Positions 60,820 through 64,000 of a stretch of DNA of 64,000 nt are shown here, in pieces. The position numbers and the translations under genes were made by a program. Position 1 is the stretch's first letter; each line of letters begins with the position of its first letter. Source of the stretch: an uncultured Ignavibacteriaceae bacterium. GTDB lineage: Bacteria; Bacteroidota; Ignavibacteria; Ignavibacteriales; Ignavibacteriaceae. The stretch lies in assembly GCA_964559565.1 (NCBI GenBank), contig CAZLJI010000001.1, forward strand, positions 24,053-88,052, given 5' to 3'. The notes below the pieces were generated by a model, which saw only the letters and a list, made by a program, of their open reading frames with translations, made no database searches and was not told the origin of the DNA.

Positions 60820-63800
60820 AACTTCGCACTTTCATATCGCGGTATGATGGCACCATATGTACCATCTGCCGTGAAAAAGTTCCGCTTGGATCCGAGATTG
60901 CGCTTATCCCTGATTCGATTCGGCTCACGTGGCATGAGTTTGGCCTTTGTGGGAAAGTCCACAAGTATGCCCACACCACGTGCTTGCCCCACATAATAGA
61001 CATCACCTATAGACCATTTATCGCCGAAGCAACGACCAAACTGCTACATGATACCGATCCAAACTGGCCTAAAGACGACATTGGATTTAATGCCGCAGAT
61101 TTTTATTTTGCGCAACGTGTTCATTCAAACAGCTATCCAGAATTTTGCCTCCATGAGCTGGCAAAAAGACTACAAAAATACATAAATACACAACTCGGCG
61201 GAAATGAGTCAGAACTAGGAAAAGGGATTATTTCTGCCGCGGAAGCAATCGAAAAAGAACCGCACCCGGATGCGCAGTCAGAACGATTGGAGCGAACAGA
61301 ACAAAAAGAAATAGCAGAAACAAAAGAACTAAAAACCATCACGCTTCCAGGTGACATAACATTTGCCATTCACCCAACATCTATCCCCAAAAAAATATTC
61401 ATAAACACCCTCCCGCAAAATACCTTTTCCGTTACGCTCGAACCTCCTTGGATAAACAAGTCTCACGAAATAGTAAAAGAAAACATAAAGCATTGTGGTG
61501 CAAGATGGAACAAAGAACTCAAGGTATGGACCATGAGCGAAGCACAATTAGTCCACGCTCTTGATACCGCCATGCAAAAACAAGATATCATTGTCACTCC
61601 CAGTGCTGCCGGTGCATTGCATGGTGTGCTAACTAGACGTGCACTCGCCACGACAATAGATGATACAGGACTGGACACAATAAAAGAAAAATTAAAAGAA
61701 GCACTCCCAGAAGGAAAAAATCTTTATCCGTTCCAGGTTGCATGCGTCGCATTTTTGGAAGCTGCTCGCGGAAATGCTCTTATTGCAGACGAGATGGGGT
61801 GCGGAAAAACCCTTGAATCAATCGCATACCTTGCAACACAACCAGAACTTCGTCCGGCCGTCGTAGTTGTGCCTGCAATCGTTGCCGGAAACTGGCAAAA
61901 AGAATTTAAAGGATGGACGAAAAACGAAAAAATCCAAAGAATAAAAACAGGCAAAGATAAAATCGAAAGAGATAATTCTATTATCATTATCACTTACGAT
62001 TTGCTGAAAAAACATGCACAAACAATTGTCGGATTAAATCCAAAAGCAATCATAGCAGACGAATGTTTTCCAGGGAACACCAATGTTCAAACAAAAAATG
62101 GAAAAATGACAATAAAAAGTATCGTTGAATCCAATGATGAAATATTGGTTAAATCATATGACTTTAACTTAAAAAAAATTGTGTTTAAGCCTGTTGTTGG
62201 AAAAATAAAAATTAAAAAAAATGGACATTTAATAAAATTAACACATGATTATGGAGAAATAATATGCACTCCAAATCATAAAATATGGACAAAGGAAAGA
62301 GGATACATTGAAGCAGAAAAGATCAAAAGTGGAGAAACACTGCGAACGGTGCGGGAAGAAATTTCAAACACCCAAAAAAGGGAAGGCAACAGCAAGATTT
62401 TGCTCTCGGTCATGCGCATCAAAGCATTCTCTTTCAAAAAAAGAAACAAAAGAAAAATTAAGGTTAGCACTAACAAAAAAAATATATATATCATGCGAAA
62501 TATGCAAAAAAATTTTTACTATAAAGCCAAGCAGGAAGCAAAGATTTTGCAGTACAAGTTGCTCGGCGAAATGGAGAACAAGTCTTCCCTATATAAAAGC
62601 CATATCATCAAAAACAGTACAAAAGATGATTCAATCAAATATAGGAAGAAAAAATCCATCTGCATCAAAAAGAATGAAAAGAATGAACCAAGATCCGGAA
62701 TTCAGAAAAAAAGCATTAGAAGGAACAATAAAAAGACACAAAGAAAACCCATCTTTCTTAAAAAGAGGCGGAAAGCCAATGATAACAGTTCCGCAAAAAA
62801 TGTTATTAGACCAACTTGGATATCCGCTAGAGTGGCTAGAATACAAAATAGTATTAGGAAAAAAGAAAAAAGAATTAGAATCTACAGAAAACAAAGACCT
62901 AAAATCACTTCCAAATTTTTACTCTGTAGACATAGTGCATCTACCATCAAAAACAGCCATAGAAGTAGACGGAGAAACTCACAAATCCAAAAAATGGCAA
63001 TGGATAGACAGAAGAAAAAAAATTGTATTGGAGAGTCTCGGGTGGCAAGTGTTGAGGTTCTGGAACAAAGATATATTGACGAACATGGAATTTGTTGTGA
63101 CAACAATAAATTCGTTTATAACCTCGAAGTAAAAGACACGCATAATTATATTGCTGATAATGTATTAGTTTCAAATTGTCAATTTCTCAAAAACTCAAAA
63201 AGCCAGCGCACGGAAGTGTTCATGGCAGTTGCAAAAACAAAATCAATTCGATCTACGATTGGTCTTTCCGGTACCCCTATTGTGAATCGACCAATAGAAT
63301 TTTACCCTATGTTAAAACTTCTCAGACCTGCTGATTTTTCTAATTGGAAATTTTTTACCAAACGTTATTGCTCTGGTCACTATGAAACAATTTACATCGC
63401 CCGTGGACACGGTGCTACAAAATCAGTTTGGGTTTGTTCCGGATCAAGCAACGAAAAAGAACTATCATCCAGAATCAAGGACGTGATGATTCGACGTTTG
63501 AAAAAAGACGTTCTGTCCGAACTACCACCGAAGCACCGCAATTCAATTGAAATTGAAATCTCATCAGCCGAAAGAGATGAATACAATAATATCGTTGAAT
63601 CTTGTTACACCGGAGAACCTGGAGACCATCTCGCCGCAATCAATTGTGCTAGACAACTAGTCGGAAAATACAAAGCACAAAAAGCACTTGATCTAATCGA
63701 CATGTATATGGACCAGAACCAACCTCTCCTTGTCTTTGCGCATCACCACGAAGTAATGAATAAACTCGAAGAGGAAATCAAAGGGAAGTATAGTTACGGA

Positions 63801-64000
63801 AAAATCGACGGAACAATTTCGCAAGATAAACGCACTCAATTAGTAGAAGACTTTCAATCCGGTAAAATCAATCTTCTTATTCTTAGTATTAAAGCTGCCG
63901 GAGTAGGGATCACTCTAACAAGATCGTCAAACGTCATATTCCTGGAACGCGCATGGACCCCCGCAGACGAGGAACAAGCAGAAGACCGAACCCATCGCCC
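60795..64000 (+). CDS. SNF2-family helicase, partial (runs off window), interrupted by an intein
   Basis: The frame is open from the ATG at 60795 to 64000, so it is not in the track. Motifs: I LIADEMGCGKT; II AIIADE / CQFLKN, split by the intein; III IGLSGTPIVNRP; V-VI LSIKAAGVGITLT...FLERAWTPADEEQAEDRTHR. Confidence 0.8.
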   Translation, partial: MHPTIRKLKLRTFISRYDGTICTICREKVPLGSEIALIPDSIRLTWHEFGLCGKVHKYAHTTCLPHIIDITYRPFIAEATTKLLHDTDPNWPKDDIGFNAADFYFAQRVHSNSYPEFCLHELAKRLQKYINTQLGGNESELGKGIISAAEAIEKEPHPDAQSERLERTEQKEIAETKELKTITLPGDITFAIHPTSIPKKIFINTLPQNTFSVTLEPPWINKSHEIVKENIKHCGARWNKELKVWTMSEAQLVHALDTAMQKQDIIVTPSAAGALHGVLTRRALATTIDDTGLDTIKEKLKEALPEGKNLYPFQVACVAFLEAARGNALIADEMGCGKTLESIAYLATQPELRPAVVVVPAIVAGNWQKEFKGWTKNEKIQRIKTGKDKIERDNSIIIITYDLLKKHAQTIVGLNPKAIIADECFPGNTNVQTKNGKMTIKSIVESNDEILVKSYDFNLKKIVFKPVVGKIKIKKNGHLIKLTHDYGEIICTPNHKIWTKERGYIEAEKIKSGETLRTVREEISNTQKREGNSKILLSVMRIKAFSFKKRNKRKIKVSTNKKNIYIMRNMQKNFYYKAKQEAKILQYKLLGEMENKSSLYKSHIIKNSTKDDSIKYRKKKSICIKKNEKNEPRSGIQKKSIRRNNKKTQRKPIFLKKRRKANDNSSAKNVIRPTWISARVARIQNSIRKKEKRIRIYRKQRPKITSKFLLCRHSASTIKNSHRSRRRNSQIQKMAMDRQKKKNCIGESRVASVEVLEQRYIDEHGICCDNNKFVYNLEVKDTHNYIADNVLVSNCQFLKNSKSQRTEVFMAVAKTKSIRSTIGLSGTPIVNRPIEFYPMLKLLRPADFSNWKFFTKRYCSGHYETIYIARGHGATKSVWVCSGSSNEKELSSRIKDVMIRRLKKDVLSELPPKHRNSIEIEISSAERDEYNNIVESCYTGEPGDHLAAINCARQLVGKYKAQKALDLIDMYMDQNQPLLVFAHHHEVMNKLEEEIKGKYSYGKIDGTISQDKRTQLVEDFQSGKINLLILSIKAAGVGITLTRSSNVIFLERAWTPADEEQAEDRTHR
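61261..61275 (-). repeat. GC-rich quasi-palindrome, copy f (inside the helicase coding sequence)
   Basis: Plus strand reads CGCACCCGGATGCGC and encodes P-H-P-D-A in a linker of the helicase N-terminal region. Confidence 0.9.
62064..63176 (+). mobile_element. intein (371 codons) in SNF2 motif II
   Basis: It is in frame with the helicase. The N-terminus is CFPGNTNVQT...GEIICTPNHKIWT (blocks A and B). The C-terminus is FVYNLEVKDTHNYIADNVLVSN followed by Cys +1 (blocks F and G, penultimate Ser). The insert is much more A-rich than the flanking exteins. Confidence 0.8.
62308..63132 (+). CDS. DUF559/Vsr-like PD-(D/E)XK endonuclease with two N-terminal zinc-finger-like units, encoded in the +1 frame inside the intein
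   Basis: 274 aa. TTG start 5 nt after GGAAAGAGG. CERCGKKF...FCSRSC and CEICKKIF...FCSTSC form the finger-like units. The C-terminus FYSVDIVHLPSKTAIEVDGETHKSKKWQWIDRRKKIVLESLGWQVLRFWNKDI fits the DUF559 signature (vDf....iEvDG..H....D..R...L...G..VlRf). Confidence 0.7.
   Translation: MKQKRSKVEKHCERCGKKFQTPKKGKATARFCSRSCASKHSLSKKETKEKLRLALTKKIYISCEICKKIFTIKPSRKQRFCSTSCSAKWRTSLPYIKAISSKTVQKMIQSNIGRKNPSASKRMKRMNQDPEFRKKALEGTIKRHKENPSFLKRGGKPMITVPQKMLLDQLGYPLEWLEYKIVLGKKKKELESTENKDLKSLPNFYSVDIVHLPSKTAIEVDGETHKSKKWQWIDRRKKIVLESLGWQVLRFWNKDILTNMEFVVTTINSFITSK

Noticed and set aside
60598-62494. Series of 67-89-aa minus-strand ORFs
   Set aside because: They lie inside the continuous plus-strand RHH/helicase reading frames, which carry clear SNF2 motifs. 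No independent support exists.
62631-63174. Minus-strand ORFs inside the intein (62631-62894, 62882-63106, 62947-63174)
   Set aside because: The antisense of a very A-rich segment is T-rich and therefore stop-poor. The products are Phe/Leu-rich with no motif, unlike the two plus-strand frames.

Overview
Visibly AT-rich, gene-dense segment of a contractile-tailed dsDNA phage or prophage. Positions 1-59900 are transcribed on the minus strand with tight packing (many ATGA/TAATG stop-start overlaps). Reading from high to low coordinate there are four blocks. (1) 47.8-59.9 kb is an accessory block: small Cys-rich proteins, two Lar-like proteins, a MazG-like pyrophosphatase, an amidase endolysin, a bacterial-type beta clamp, a PD-(D/E)XK nuclease, and LamG and lipoprotein genes. 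(2) 39.5-47.7 kb is a T4-type head module: a gp20-like portal carrying two mini-inteins, a gp21-like prohead protease and a gp23-like major capsid protein. (3) 26-39 kb holds about 25 small charged proteins of unknown function. (4) 1-25 kb is the tail: sheath, two tube paralogues, a -1 frameshifted tail chaperone, a 1346-aa tape measure, a P2/Mu-style baseplate and two beta-helix tailspike paralogues, the last truncated by the window edge. From 60069 onward transcription is on the plus strand: an unknown protein, an RHH regulator and an SNF2 helicase that runs off the window. The strongest observations are as follows. (a) The helicase is split in its DExx box by a 371-codon intein whose DUF559/Vsr-like endonuclease is encoded in the +1 frame. 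The helicase frame stays open across it: all 31 stop triplets in about 0.8 kb fall in the third frame. (b) The portal carries two related mini-inteins at look-alike insertion sites. (c) A GC-rich 15-nt quasi-palindrome with a conserved T/G asymmetry recurs 6 times, plus one variant. (d) One ~80-aa module is shared by capsid, sheath and baseplate proteins. (e) An [LI]-P-x triplet-repeat gene follows the spike. (f) The block of charged proteins carries T4 CTS-like leaders. No rRNA, tRNA, CRISPR array, integrase or terminase was seen. All homology statements come from motif recognition by eye; no searches were run. Several start codons were moved from the ORF-track start to an in-frame ATG with a better RBS.
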